A stretch of 64,000 bases of DNA from Clostridiales bacterium DTU072 (GCA_001512685.1 LFSG01000052.1:9667-73666); one strand, 5' to 3'; counted from the stretch's first letter, positions 10,252 to 19,775 are shown. A program made the numbers and translations. Notes: a model not told the origin generated them from the sequence alone.

Positions 10252-11302
10252 TTATGTCTTCGGTTTCGCTGGACAAAGTCTTAATGTCTATTTTTACTCC
10301 CGTTAAACGCGCCGCAAGCTTTGCGTTCATTCCGTTCTTTCCTATCGCCAGCGAAAGTTTGTCATCGTTGACTATTACATCGGCATGCTTTAAGTCTTCG
10401 CTTAACTTAACCATTATGGGCTTGGCGGGACTTAGAGCTCTTGCTATATAATCGGCAAGATTGGGCGTATAGAGTATGATATCTACTTTTTCGCCGTTCA
10501 ATTCCGAAACGATAGCGTTAACTCTGACGCCTTTTTGTCCTACGCAGGCAGCCAGCGCGTCAAGGTTGGGATCTTCGGAATATACCGCTATCTTGGTGCG
10601 GTTGCCGGCTTCTCTGACTGCGTTTTTAATTTTTACAAGCCCAGAGCGGATTTCGGGCACTTCAAGCTCAAATAATTTCTTTACAAAACCGGCGCAACTT
10701 CTTGAAACAACCACTTGAGTGCCTCTTAAGGTATCTTTGACTCTTTTGATGAAAACTTTAATGCGGTCGTTTACTTCGTATTTTTCACCATATATCTGGT
10801 CATTTTTTGCCATAACGCCTTCCATTTGCGAACCCATAATTTCCACATAGACAACATTGTTTTCTATTCTGCGAATAATCGCGGATACAAGCTCGCCTTC
10901 CTTCTCGTTCATTTCAGCGGCTATCTGTTCCCTTACAGCCTCGTTTATTCTTTGCATAATGACCTGTTTGGCCGTTTGGGCGGCTATTCTCGATAGATTT
11001 TTGGGTGTAACGTCTTCGCCGATAATATCGCCTACTTTGGCGTCCGATTTTATTTTCTTGGCTTCTTCAAGCGACAGTTGGGTTTCATCTTCGGGCTCGC
11101 CTTCCACAACCGTTTGATACACAAAGAATTCAATTCGGCTTTTTTCGGGATTAAGTTTTACTTTAACGCTTCTGGTTTCGCCGTTTTCTTTTTTATAAGC
11201 TGAAGCCAGTCCCGTTTCCAGCGAATTTATCAATAATTCTTTGTTTAACCTTTTATCTCTTTCCAAATCGTCGAGCGCGGCAAAAAAATCTTTGTTAATC
11301 AT
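10202..11302 (-). CDS. nusA: Transcription termination/antitermination factor NusA
   Basis: 366 aa with N-terminal, S1 and 2x KH architecture (VVVSRSCAGFVKKLFELEVPEI). The C-terminal tail is acidic. Confidence 0.95.
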   Translation of the reverse strand: MINKDFFAALDDLERDKRLNKELLINSLETGLASAYKKENGETRSVKVKLNPEKSRIEFFVYQTVVEGEPEDETQLSLEEAKKIKSDAKVGDIIGEDVTPKNLSRIAAQTAKQVIMQRINEAVREQIAAEMNEKEGELVSAIIRRIENNVVYVEIMGSQMEGVMAKNDQIYGEKYEVNDRIKVFIKRVKDTLRGTQVVVSRSCAGFVKKLFELEVPEIRSGLVKIKNAVREAGNRTKIAVYSEDPNLDALAACVGQKGVRVNAIVSELNGEKVDIILYTPNLADYIARALSPAKPIMVKLSEDLKHADVIVNDDKLSLAIGKNGMNAKLAARLTGVKIDIKTLSSETEDINGEFEEEEGEVEEQEE

Positions 11303-11317
11303 TTTTTTGGGTTCCTC

Positions 11318-11776
11318 CTAAAATTTGATATATGGTAATATTTTTTTTATATTATTTCTGTTTATGATGGTTTCCTTGCCTTTTGACAGAATTCTTATTG
11401 TGGTTTCGTCAAAGCCTATAAGTTCGCCGCTGAGCTTTTTCTTTTTGTTTTGAGGCTGAAGCAACGCGACCTCTATTTCGGTATTCATATTGCGGCTTAA
11501 ATCTTTATCCGTCTTTATGGGCCTGTCAAGGCCGGGAGATGATATATTGAGAATATAAGGCTGGCCTTGGGTTATATCGTATTGTTCAAGCGGCGCGTCC
11601 AAGGCGTTATTTACCCGCTCGCAGTCCTCAATGGTTATTCCACCTTGCTTATAAATATAAAAAGTCAAATTCATTTGGTTATACAACTTCTTATATTCGA
11701 TATCCACAACCTCATAGCCCATATCTTCGATTATCGGCGCAATATATTTTTGGGCTTGAGACAAGACATCTGCCAT
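11318..11776 (-). CDS. rimP: Ribosome maturation factor RimP
   Basis: 152 aa and the first gene of the rimP-nusA-infB operon. The RimP-like sequence LNISSPGLDRPI is present. Confidence 0.9.
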   Translation of the reverse strand: MADVLSQAQKYIAPIIEDMGYEVVDIEYKKLYNQMNLTFYIYKQGGITIEDCERVNNALDAPLEQYDITQGQPYILNISSPGLDRPIKTDKDLSRNMNTEIEVALLQPQNKKKKLSGELIGFDETTIRILSKGKETIINRNNIKKILPYIKF

Positions 11777-11797
11777 TATCCCTCCTTAAATCAGCAA

Positions 11798-11818
11798 GAG
11801 TGGCCCGTTCAGCCACTC
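11798..11818 (-). promoter_or_regulatory. GC-rich hairpin in the rimP 5' leader (candidate attenuator)
   Basis: The minus-strand RNA reads GAGUGGC-UGAACGG-GCCACUC (7-bp stem) followed by an interrupted U tract, UUGCUGAUUU, then the RBS. It lies between the candidate promoter (11848-11876) and the rimP ATG. Confidence 0.4.
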
Positions 11819-11847
11819 TCAAGATGCGAATCTATCAAAGCATCTTT

Positions 11848-11876
11848 ATCTTACCATAAATTCTTTGCCATTGCAA
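11848..11876 (-). promoter_or_regulatory. Candidate sigma-A promoter of the rimP-nusA-infB operon
   Basis: The minus strand reads TTGCAA-N17-TAAGAT (-35 at 11871-11876, -10 at 11848-11853). Confidence 0.45.
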
Positions 11877-12016
11877 GTGTTTTTATGCCCTGCCGCCTAT
11901 AAATCAAAAACTTTTGCAAAGGGAAATCTCATATAGACACCTCTAATTGAAATTAAATATACTAATTTTACACTTGAATTCCTTTTTGAAAAGTTCCGAA
12001 TAAAAAACTACATATA

Positions 12017-13552
12017 CTATTTATTATTCATCAGCATAAGCTTTTTAAATACGTGCGCCGTCGCTATGGCGTCGCTCATAGCCCGATGCGCGTTATTTAA
12101 TTCCACATTTAACGCCTTGCATATTGTTTTTAATTTATAATTATTCAATGATAATTTTTGCTTGGCAAGCACCATGGTGTCGACAACCGTATTATCAAAT
12201 AAATAATGTTCTTTTTTTCCCATTCGGTCAAGAAAGCCCATATCAAACGAAGCGTTTTGCGCCACCAATATGCTGCCCCGCGTAAATTTATAAAAATCCG
12301 CCACTACATCCCCAAATTTCGGCGCGTCCTTAACCATATCGTAATTTATGCCCGTAAGTTTAAAAACCTCTTCGGGAATAGGCATTTCGGGATTAACAAG
12401 CGTATGAAATATTTCCGTAAATTCGCCGTCCACAATCTTTATGGCTCCGATTTCGGTTATCTTGTCGTAATTGCCCGTGCCCGTGGTTTCCAAGTCAAAC
12501 ACCACATAGCTTTTACCGTAAAAAACAGCGTTCGACTCCTTACTGATATCAGCGAACAGACTCTTTTGTTCCTCGTTAAGATACTGTTTGGGCGCTACTG
12601 TTATGTATCTGTCTTTTTCTTTTTTGTATACGGGTTTGGTGTCTATACTGTCATAATTTATTTCACACCGGGCAATCTTATTGGCGTACATAACTATGGA
12701 ATTAGTGTAATTGTCATAAGTAAGCGAGCCTTGTATAACCAGCTTATCCCCTTCCGACAGCAGCTCTCCCACTTCATCGGCCTTTTTGTTTCGAGGAAAA
12801 AATTTTACATCAATTACCGACGTGGTGTCATTTAAGGTAAAAACATAAAAAAAGGCTTCCTTATTTCTGCGTTTATATGATAATTTTTTTAATTTTGTCA
12901 CTACGCCGCATAAGGTCATGCTTTCCACTTCGCCGCCTTTTACCTCCGATATGTATCTTGGCCTGTTCCCCACAGGACCGAGCAGCTGGGCGGTTATGGA
13001 TATATCGATAACTTTAATCGGAATTTCTTCTTCGTAATCTTGCCTGCCTATGGTTATTTCGGTCTTATTCGGCGTCTTAATGAGCCTTACTTCGGCTTCT
13101 TCCATAAAACAGCTTTCAAGGTGCGTTTTAATGGCATTTCCCACTTCGTTGGCTATACAAAAATCATATATGTATTTTTCCACATATATATCCGCGCTGA
13201 TGACACTTCCTTTTATTTCTATATCTATTTTTGCCGTTTGAAAAAAAGAAAAAATGGTGGGATATTCGGTATATACAAAATCCAATATGCTCTTCAACAC
13301 ATATTTTTCTTCGGTATATGTTTTTCGGTATATAATCTCAAAATCAAATATATCGGGCAGGATTTCACGAACTATATTTTCCATCTTTTGCATTAGCTCG
13401 TCATTAAGATATTTATCATAAGCGTGAGCTTCGGCGATAAGAATTATCTTCACGATTTTGTTGTTATGGAGAGTGGCTGAATTTAGTTTGAAAATTCTTT
13501 CATGCTCAAATAATTTTTCATTCAGCATATCCATAAATACGAGCTTGTCCAT
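12017..13552 (-). CDS. PolC-like N-terminal domain + OB fold + DEDDh 3'-5' exonuclease protein lacking PHP and polymerase domains ('mini-PolC')
   Basis: 511 aa. The C-terminal ~165 aa closely resemble the PolC proofreading domain (YVVFDLETTG; LVAQNASFDMGFL; NNAHRAMSDAIATAHVF). The preceding segment MTLCGVVTKL...VIDVKFFPRNK...LVIQGSLTYDNYTNSIVMYANKI resembles the PolC OB fold. The gene occupies the polC slot between ispG and rimP. No HxH/PHP or palm motifs are present. Confidence 0.8.
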   Translation of the reverse strand: MDKLVFMDMLNEKLFEHERIFKLNSATLHNNKIVKIILIAEAHAYDKYLNDELMQKMENIVREILPDIFDFEIIYRKTYTEEKYVLKSILDFVYTEYPTIFSFFQTAKIDIEIKGSVISADIYVEKYIYDFCIANEVGNAIKTHLESCFMEEAEVRLIKTPNKTEITIGRQDYEEEIPIKVIDISITAQLLGPVGNRPRYISEVKGGEVESMTLCGVVTKLKKLSYKRRNKEAFFYVFTLNDTTSVIDVKFFPRNKKADEVGELLSEGDKLVIQGSLTYDNYTNSIVMYANKIARCEINYDSIDTKPVYKKEKDRYITVAPKQYLNEEQKSLFADISKESNAVFYGKSYVVFDLETTGTGNYDKITEIGAIKIVDGEFTEIFHTLVNPEMPIPEEVFKLTGINYDMVKDAPKFGDVVADFYKFTRGSILVAQNASFDMGFLDRMGKKEHYLFDNTVVDTMVLAKQKLSLNNYKLKTICKALNVELNNAHRAMSDAIATAHVFKKLMLMNNK

Positions 13553-14568
13553 TACAGATACCTCTTGGCCATATCAAGTAATTCTTGCAAAATTTCTTCA
13601 TTATTAACCGTTTTTATAATTTTGCCGTCAAGGAAAATGGATGATTTGTCTTTGCCTCCGGCCACTCCGAACTTAGCCCCCTTAGATTCTCCTATGCCGT
13701 TCACGATACAACCCATAACGGCTATCTTGCCTTTCTTTCTTATATCCTTGGTTTTTTCATACAAAATTGCGGCAATTTCTTGCACATTTATGCAAGTTCG
13801 GGCGCAGGTTGGACAAGCGATTATATCAATAAATTCCGTATCCTTGCCCGCGGCTCTCAATATATTTATGGCGGCTTTAACTTCTTCGACGGGATGAGCG
13901 GTCAATGAAACCCGCAAGGTATCCCCTATATTGTCCAACAATAAACTGCCTATCGCCACCGCGGATTTGAGGATGCCGAATTGGGGCGGTCCGGCTTCGG
14001 TCAATCCAATATGCAATGGATAAGAGCACATTTTATCAAGAATTCTGTATGCTTTTACAGTGGTTTTGACATCGGAAGCTTTTACGGCAAGAACAAGGTT
14101 GTCATAATCAAGGTCTTCAATTCTCTTTGCGCTTTCGAGAGTAAGCAAGGCAAGTTTTTGAGCGTCGGCTTCAAAGCCTTTAACCGAGCCTTTATTTACG
14201 CCTACTCTTATGGGGATATTCGCTTCCTTGCATGCCTTTACGGTATCCGCCAGCCCTTGCTTGGGAAAATTGGAGGGATTGATTCTGATTTTGTCAATGC
14301 CGCTTTCAACGGCGGCAATGGCGATTTTATGGTCAAAATGTATGTCGCCGATAATGGGAATATCGCCTTTGGCAAGTTCTTTAACCGTTTTCATGCAATC
14401 CATTGACGGCAAAGACACTCTTACAAAATCCGCGCCCGCTTGGCGCAGTTGCTTTACTTGCGATTTTGTGGCTTCAATATCCTCCGTATCGGTATTAGTC
14501 ATGGATTGTATGGTTATGCGGTTGTTTCCGCCGATGGGGATACTTCTTACGTATACCGTTTTTTTCAT
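13552..14568 (-). CDS. ispG: 4-hydroxy-3-methylbut-2-en-1-yl diphosphate synthase (flavodoxin)
   Basis: 338 aa with a TIM-barrel N-domain and C-terminal 4Fe-4S ligands (IACPTCARTC ... GCIVNGIGE). It follows the clostridial order dxr-rseP-ispG. Confidence 0.93.
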   Translation of the reverse strand: MKKTVYVRSIPIGGNNRITIQSMTNTDTEDIEATKSQVKQLRQAGADFVRVSLPSMDCMKTVKELAKGDIPIIGDIHFDHKIAIAAVESGIDKIRINPSNFPKQGLADTVKACKEANIPIRVGVNKGSVKGFEADAQKLALLTLESAKRIEDLDYDNLVLAVKASDVKTTVKAYRILDKMCSYPLHIGLTEAGPPQFGILKSAVAIGSLLLDNIGDTLRVSLTAHPVEEVKAAINILRAAGKDTEFIDIIACPTCARTCINVQEIAAILYEKTKDIRKKGKIAVMGCIVNGIGESKGAKFGVAGGKDKSSIFLDGKIIKTVNNEEILQELLDMAKRYL

Positions 14569-14589
14569 ATGCTCTTCCTTATCAATACG

Positions 14590-15702
14590 CTATGTGAAAA
14601 GCTGTAACAAGTCGGCAAATATGGCAAAAGCAAAAAGCAATATGATGCCTCCCAAATGTATGGCCGCTTCAACCTTTTTATTAATGGGCTTGCCCCTTAT
14701 CCATTCTATTGTAACAAACAGCATGCGGGCGCCGTCAAGCGCGGGGAAAGGCAACAAATTCATGATAGCCAGGTTGGCGGAAAGCAATCCTACCACATAA
14801 GCAAGCGGACCGAATCCCGCTCTGGTGGCTTCCGACATTGTGGAAATAATGGTGATAGGGCCGCCCGCCGATTCGGAAAATTTAATGCCGCCCGTCAATA
14901 ACTGCCCCAGCAGCCATATTATTTTATAGACAACATAAAACCCATACGAAAAAGCTCTGCCCATAGCGCGGAAAAAATTCAATTTTACGGGAGCCACAAT
15001 GGATGTAAATCCAAAAGCGTAGCGCTGCAGCGGCTTGTTTTCTTCATCGTACATTATTTTGCCTTCGGTATCTCTTACGAACACATTGCTTTTGCGCACA
15101 TGGACATCAAGAAGTTTTCCATTTCGCAAAACGGTGAAGGTTCCTTCATGGTCGATTCTTCTCATGGCAATTTGCAAATCGTCCATCATTAGTATGTTAA
15201 CCTGTTTTCCTTCTACTTTCAGAATCACATCCCCTTCTTTAAGGGCGCCGTCTTCGGCTATGGCGGCTTCTTCATATATTTCGCCCACAACGGGAAGAAG
15301 CTGTCCATAAAATGTAAATATCATTGTTATGATTATCAACGCGGATACAAAATTAAAAAACGCTCCCGAAAACAATACTATCAACCTTTTCCATGGTTCT
15401 TGATTGTTAAAAGCGGTGGGCGAATCACTTGATTCGTCTTCGGACTCAAACATACAAAAACCGCCCAGCGGAAAAGGCCTTATGGAAAAAATTTCTCCTG
15501 TTTTTTTATTGGTGCGCTTAAAAATCGGGGGGCCGAATCCTATGCCAAATTCAAGTATCTTAAATTTTAAGAGCCTTCCGGCAAGGTAATGTCCAAGCTC
15601 ATGAACAACGACCATGAACATTAAGCAAAGTATGGCGATAAAAATATAGCCTACGGTCGACATTACCTGTCCGAATGTAACCCCCAAACTAATAAATGTC
15701 AT
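14590..15702 (-). CDS. rseP: RIP metalloprotease RseP (site-2 protease)
   Basis: 370 aa with HELGHYLAGR (HExxH), a central PDZ-like segment, NLLPFPALDG, and multiple TM helices. Confidence 0.92.
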   Translation of the reverse strand: MTFISLGVTFGQVMSTVGYIFIAILCLMFMVVVHELGHYLAGRLLKFKILEFGIGFGPPIFKRTNKKTGEIFSIRPFPLGGFCMFESEDESSDSPTAFNNQEPWKRLIVLFSGAFFNFVSALIIITMIFTFYGQLLPVVGEIYEEAAIAEDGALKEGDVILKVEGKQVNILMMDDLQIAMRRIDHEGTFTVLRNGKLLDVHVRKSNVFVRDTEGKIMYDEENKPLQRYAFGFTSIVAPVKLNFFRAMGRAFSYGFYVVYKIIWLLGQLLTGGIKFSESAGGPITIISTMSEATRAGFGPLAYVVGLLSANLAIMNLLPFPALDGARMLFVTIEWIRGKPINKKVEAAIHLGGIILLFAFAIFADLLQLFT

Positions 15703-16829
15703 TAATTTCCTCCATATATTCTCTTAAAAGTATATTCACTAACCGCTTTGTCAATACGGAATAATTCTTCCATATTATTAAAATACCCCTTTTCGGCGAA
15801 TTTGTCCATCGCTTCTTCAATAATCAAGGGAATGTCATAAAACCCAATGCGGTTATCCAAATACGCGTTTACGGCCACTTCGTCGGCGCTATTCATAACC
15901 GCTCCCGCAATGTCGCCCATGCTGAAAGCGGTTTTTGCGATAGCAAGGCAAGGGAACAGTTTTTCATCTATGCTGCCGAAATTCAGGCTGCCTACCTGAG
16001 CCAAATCCAAACGCTTGATATCTGTTTGTATTCTTTGGGGATAAAACATGGCGTATTGTATAGGCTGCGTCATGTCGGGATTTGACAATCCGGCAATCAC
16101 GAAGTTGTCTTCAAGCTCCACCAAAGAATGTACTATGCTTTCCCTATGCATAACAACATCAATGTCAGAAACGCCAAAAAAGTACTTAGCCTCAATGATT
16201 TCCATGCCCTTATTCATTAAGGTGGCGGAATCTATTGTAACCTTTTTGCCCATTACCCAATTGGGATGCTTTAACGCGTCAACGGCTTTGGCTTGTTTTA
16301 ATTCTTCATAGTTATAATCCCGAAAAGCGCCGCCCGAAGCTGTCAATATTATTCTTTTTATGTTATCTGTCCTGCCGTTTACGCATTGCCAAACGGTAGA
16401 ATGCTCGCTGTCCAGCGGCAAGATTTTTGAAGAATACTTTTTTCGCTCTTCGTCTATAAGCTTGCCTGCCGCCACAAAGCTTTCCTTGTTGGCCGTAGCC
16501 AGCGTTTTCCCTGCTTGAATAACCGCAATTGAGGGCCTTAATCCCGCAATGCCGGCTATTCCGTTGATCACCAAATCAATGTCTTGATAAAGCTTGGGAG
16601 AATCTATGGAAGCGCGTTCATTTCTTTCAAAGCCGTAAGTAAAATCCGCGTTAACGCAAAAAGCTTTTTGAGGCTTAAACTCCTTGACTAATTTAATTAA
16701 ATTCTCTTTGTCGGCGGCATTGACCAAAAGCCTCACTTCAAATTTGTGGGGATATTTTCTAACAATATTCAAAGCCGTTGAGCCTATTGAGCCGGTAGCG
16801 CCCAAAATGGCTATTTTTTTCCTATCCAT
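15702..16829 (-). CDS. dxr: 1-deoxy-D-xylulose 5-phosphate reductoisomerase
   Basis: The motifs ILGATGSIGSTAL and PLDSEHS are present. The ORF track starts at 16994 and overlaps cdsA. The real start is ATG 16829 (MDRKKIAILGATG), 2 nt after the cdsA stop, giving 375 aa. Confidence 0.93.
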   Translation of the reverse strand: MDRKKIAILGATGSIGSTALNIVRKYPHKFEVRLLVNAADKENLIKLVKEFKPQKAFCVNADFTYGFERNERASIDSPKLYQDIDLVINGIAGIAGLRPSIAVIQAGKTLATANKESFVAAGKLIDEERKKYSSKILPLDSEHSTVWQCVNGRTDNIKRIILTASGGAFRDYNYEELKQAKAVDALKHPNWVMGKKVTIDSATLMNKGMEIIEAKYFFGVSDIDVVMHRESIVHSLVELEDNFVIAGLSNPDMTQPIQYAMFYPQRIQTDIKRLDLAQVGSLNFGSIDEKLFPCLAIAKTAFSMGDIAGAVMNSADEVAVNAYLDNRIGFYDIPLIIEEAMDKFAEKGYFNNMEELFRIDKAVSEYTFKRIYGGN

Positions 16830-16831
16830 AA

Positions 16832-17671
16832 TCAGAAAACAAAATACATAAATACGCTCATTATCGCCAAGCTGAACAAAACAGAATCGATTCTGTCCAT
16901 TACTCCGCCGTGGGAGCCGAGTAAAGTTCCGTAATCTTTCAAACCCACTTCCCTTTTGATTCTGCTTGCGCCCAGATCGCCTATTTCTGAGCATAACGCC
17001 ATAAATATTCCCAAAAAGATATAGATTATATACGGATAGTCGGATACTTGTGAAAAAGTGAACTTAATGTGGGCGGGATAATTGGCGATTTCAAATAAGG
17101 CGTAAACCAAAAGACCGCCTAGCGCTCCGCCTAACAAACCCAACAAAGAACCCGCGTAAGTTTTCTTGGGACTGATTTTTGGGAAAATCTTTTTTTTGCC
17201 AAAAAAGCTGCCGCCGTAATAAGCTATGGTATCGCTCATGAGCGCCGCGCTTACCGCAAACATAATGGGCAAAATACCGTATAAATTATTCATTACGAAA
17301 GCCAGCCCCAGTAACAATACTGGATAAATAAGCACCAATATGCTGATAACAAAATCCCAAAAATTCTTTTTGCTGTTAAAGATAAAAACAATAAATGCCG
17401 TTAAAAAGGATAATATGAAGCTTATCAGCAATCCCACATAATCAAAAAAATAACATAAGGGGAATATGGTTACGAGTATAAAAATAATTGATATTCCGCT
17501 GGGATGGTAATTAAGCCTTTTCATGGCCTTATACATTTCAATGGAGGCAAGTATGGCGAACAGCATAACCAAGCCATCGAATACAAATCTTGTAAAACTG
17601 GTGAGATAGAGTATCAAAAACAGCATTCCGAGCAATACAAGGCCCGTTATCGTTCTTTTAAACATTGTCAT
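16832..17671 (-). CDS. cdsA: Phosphatidate cytidylyltransferase
   Basis: This is a multi-TM protein with the CDS signature SRIKREVGLKDYGTLLGSHGGVMDRIDS. I prefer ATG 17671 (GGAGG 5 nt upstream) or 17665 over the ORF-track start at 17713. Confidence 0.88.
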   Translation of the reverse strand: MTMFKRTITGLVLLGMLFLILYLTSFTRFVFDGLVMLFAILASIEMYKAMKRLNYHPSGISIIFILVTIFPLCYFFDYVGLLISFILSFLTAFIVFIFNSKKNFWDFVISILVLIYPVLLLGLAFVMNNLYGILPIMFAVSAALMSDTIAYYGGSFFGKKKIFPKISPKKTYAGSLLGLLGGALGGLLVYALFEIANYPAHIKFTFSQVSDYPYIIYIFLGIFMALCSEIGDLGASRIKREVGLKDYGTLLGSHGGVMDRIDSVLFSLAIMSVFMYFVF

Positions 17672-18359
17672 TGTTTCCTCCAAAGTTCCTTTTAATCTTT
17701 GCAAATTCCTCAATAACCTTCAATATATCCTCTTTATCAAAGTCAGGCCACAATTTATCGGTAAAGAACAGCTCGGAATACGCGGTTTGCAAAGGCATAA
17801 AGTTTGACAATCTTTTATATCCGCCGTATCTCAATACGGCGTCCGGATCGGGAATATTGACCGTATATAAAGCTTTTTTCAATTCTTCGGGAGTAACGGG
17901 TTTGTCGTCAAGAAGCATATTCTTTTGCTTAATTATGACGTTGACGGCGTTGGCGACTTCATAATCTCCGCCGTAACCTATGGCGAATACCAGCATCTTG
18001 CCTTTATTGTTCAAAGCTAAATTATTGATATCGTTTATGACATCCAACAACGGTTCTGGCAACATTCTCATTTCGCCAATAAATCTTACCCGATAATTTC
18101 TTTCAGAAATAATAGGTTTGACATATTCGCTTAAAAAATAGGTAATAATCCCGAGAATACTACCTACTTCGTCATTGTTTCTGTTATTGTTGTCAGTGCT
18201 GAAAGCATAAAAAGTAACATATTCTATATCGGTTTCATCTATGGCGTCAATGGCTCTGAGCAACGCTTTGGCTCCCGCCTCATGACCATAAGAGCGAGGC
18301 ATGCCTTGTCTTTGCGCCCACCTGCCGTTACCGTCCATAATTAAAGCGATATGCTTCAC
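17658..18359 (-). CDS. uppS: Isoprenyl transferase (undecaprenyl diphosphate synthase)
   Basis: 233 aa with motifs IMDGNGRWA and RYGGYKRLSNF. Confidence 0.93.
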   Translation of the reverse strand: MKHIALIMDGNGRWAQRQGMPRSYGHEAGAKALLRAIDAIDETDIEYVTFYAFSTDNNNRNNDEVGSILGIITYFLSEYVKPIISERNYRVRFIGEMRMLPEPLLDVINDINNLALNNKGKMLVFAIGYGGDYEVANAVNVIIKQKNMLLDDKPVTPEELKKALYTVNIPDPDAVLRYGGYKRLSNFMPLQTAYSELFFTDKLWPDFDKEDILKVIEEFAKIKRNFGGNNDNV

Positions 18360-18364
18360 TTTTA

Positions 18365-18940
18365 TTATACCTTCATTATCTCTGCTTCTTTGGCCGCGGC
18401 AATTTTATCCACTTCGGCTATTTGCTGCGATATATGTTTATCAATGTCTTTTTCTGCCGTAATCTGAGTATCTTCGGTAAGAATACCCTGTTTTTTCAAT
18501 TTCTTGGTTTCTTCAATGGCGTCTCTGCGGATATTGCGGATAGCGATTTTTGTTTTTTCGGCAAAATTCTTAACATCCTTAACAAGCGCCCTTCTTCTTT
18601 CCTCCGTTGGCTCAGGGAACACAAGTCTTATTACTTTGCCGTCATTGGTGGGCATAATGCCTATGTTAGCGTCAATAATCGCTTTCTCCACCTTTTTTAT
18701 CATGCTGGTATCCCATACCGATATGCAAAGCAATCTGGCTTCGGGAATGGTTATATTGGATACTTGGTTAAGAGGAGTGGGAGTTCCGTAATAATCAACG
18801 GTAATGCCTTCAAGAATATGCGGATTGGCCCTGCCCGCTCTCAATGCGGCAAGCTCGTGTTGTAAAGACTTAATGCTCTTTTCGGTGCGCTCCTTCATAT
18901 CTTCAAATATAAGTTGTACATCCTCAATTTCTAAATACAT
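18365..18940 (-). CDS. frr: Ribosome recycling factor
   Basis: 191 aa, collinear with Frr (LRAGRANPHILEGITVDYYGTPTPLNQV ... EIMKV). Confidence 0.95.
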   Translation of the reverse strand: MYLEIEDVQLIFEDMKERTEKSIKSLQHELAALRAGRANPHILEGITVDYYGTPTPLNQVSNITIPEARLLCISVWDTSMIKKVEKAIIDANIGIMPTNDGKVIRLVFPEPTEERRRALVKDVKNFAEKTKIAIRNIRRDAIEETKKLKKQGILTEDTQITAEKDIDKHISQQIAEVDKIAAAKEAEIMKV

Positions 18941-19024
18941 ATTTCACCTCGAACTGTACTCAAAATTCACGGTTATATATTATCATAATATACTTATCTT
19001 TTCAAGCAATCTAATTCCTATTCG

Positions 19025-19732
19025 TCAATTGGAGACCATGGTGCCTATCTTTTCGCCCTTCACCACCCTTACTATACTGTTGTCCTCGTTTAAGCCAAAA
19101 CAGATTATGGGTATTTTGTTCTCTCTGCATAAATTAACGGCAGTGGTATCCATGGCGTTAAGGTCAAGTTTAATAAAATCAAAATACGAAAGCTTAGTGT
19201 ATTTAACCGCGTTGGAATTCTTTTTAGGATCGGAATCGTATATGCCGTCAACATTCTTGGCAAGCAGCAGCGCGTCGGCATGTATTTCAGCCGCCCGCAA
19301 CGCCGCGCCCGTATCCGTGGAAAAATAAGGATTTCCCGTGCCGCATGCGAAAATAACCACTCTGCCTTTTTCAAAGTGGCGGATGGCTTTCCTTAAGATA
19401 TAGGGTTCGGCCACCCTTGTTATGGTAAGCGCCGTTTGCACTCTTGTGGGGATATTCTCCTGCTCAAGCGCGTCCTGCAAAGCCAGCGCATTGATAACGG
19501 TGGCAAGCATGCCCATGTGGTCAGCGGTTGTTCTGTCCATATTTGTGCCTTGTCGGCCTCTCCAAAAATTTCCGCCGCCTATCACGATTCCTATTTGGAC
19601 TTTCATTTCCACAACTTTGGCGATTTGATCAATGACTCTTTTCAAAACATTTTGGTCTATGCCGAATCCTTCTTTTCCGCTGAGCGCCTCTCCGCTGAGC
19701 TTAATGAGTACTCTCTTATACATTTCTTTCAC
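19025..19732 (-). CDS. pyrH: UMP kinase
   Basis: 235 aa with motifs KLSGEAL and [11 protein letters not shown]. Synteny is tsf-pyrH-frr. Confidence 0.95.
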   Translation of the reverse strand: MKEMYKRVLIKLSGEALSGKEGFGIDQNVLKRVIDQIAKVVEMKVQIGIVIGGGNFWRGRQGTNMDRTTADHMGMLATVINALALQDALEQENIPTRVQTALTITRVAEPYILRKAIRHFEKGRVVIFACGTGNPYFSTDTGAALRAAEIHADALLLAKNVDGIYDSDPKKNSNAVKYTKLSYFDFIKLDLNAMDTTAVNLCRENKIPIICFGLNEDNSIVRVVKGEKIGTMVSN

Positions 19733-19744
19733 CTCTTTTTATAA

Positions 19745-19775
19745 ATTAAAAGGCACTTAACTTGTGCCTTTTAAT
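19745..19775 (-). terminator. Intrinsic terminator/attenuator between tsf and pyrH
   Basis: The minus-strand RNA reads AAAGGCAC-AAGUUAA-GUGCCUUU followed by a U/A-rich tract. It lies 7 nt after the tsf stop. Confidence 0.5.

Noticed and set aside
12206-12835. 209-aa plus-strand ORF antisense to the mini-PolC gene. Similar long antisense ORFs occur at 14210-14800, 18804-19328, 20299-20907, 37384-37938, 39015-39572, 5156-5602 and 8662-9069.
   Set aside because: All lie fully inside well-supported minus-strand genes. Their translations are low-complexity (F/L/I/S/K-rich) with no recognisable motifs and no RBS. They are typical shadow ORFs of AT-rich coding DNA.
16830-16994. N-terminal extensions proposed by the ORF track: dxr to 16994, tsf to 20489, the giant gene to 32763, the permease to 35378, rarA to 38013, sigK from 45971, degV from 56011, and apbE from 56808.
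   Set aside because: Each extension overlaps the upstream gene or a promoter and adds non-homologous residues. In each case an internal ATG preceded by a good RBS restores the canonical N-terminus (for example MDRKKIAILGATG for Dxr, and signal peptide plus lipobox for the giant protein and ApbE).
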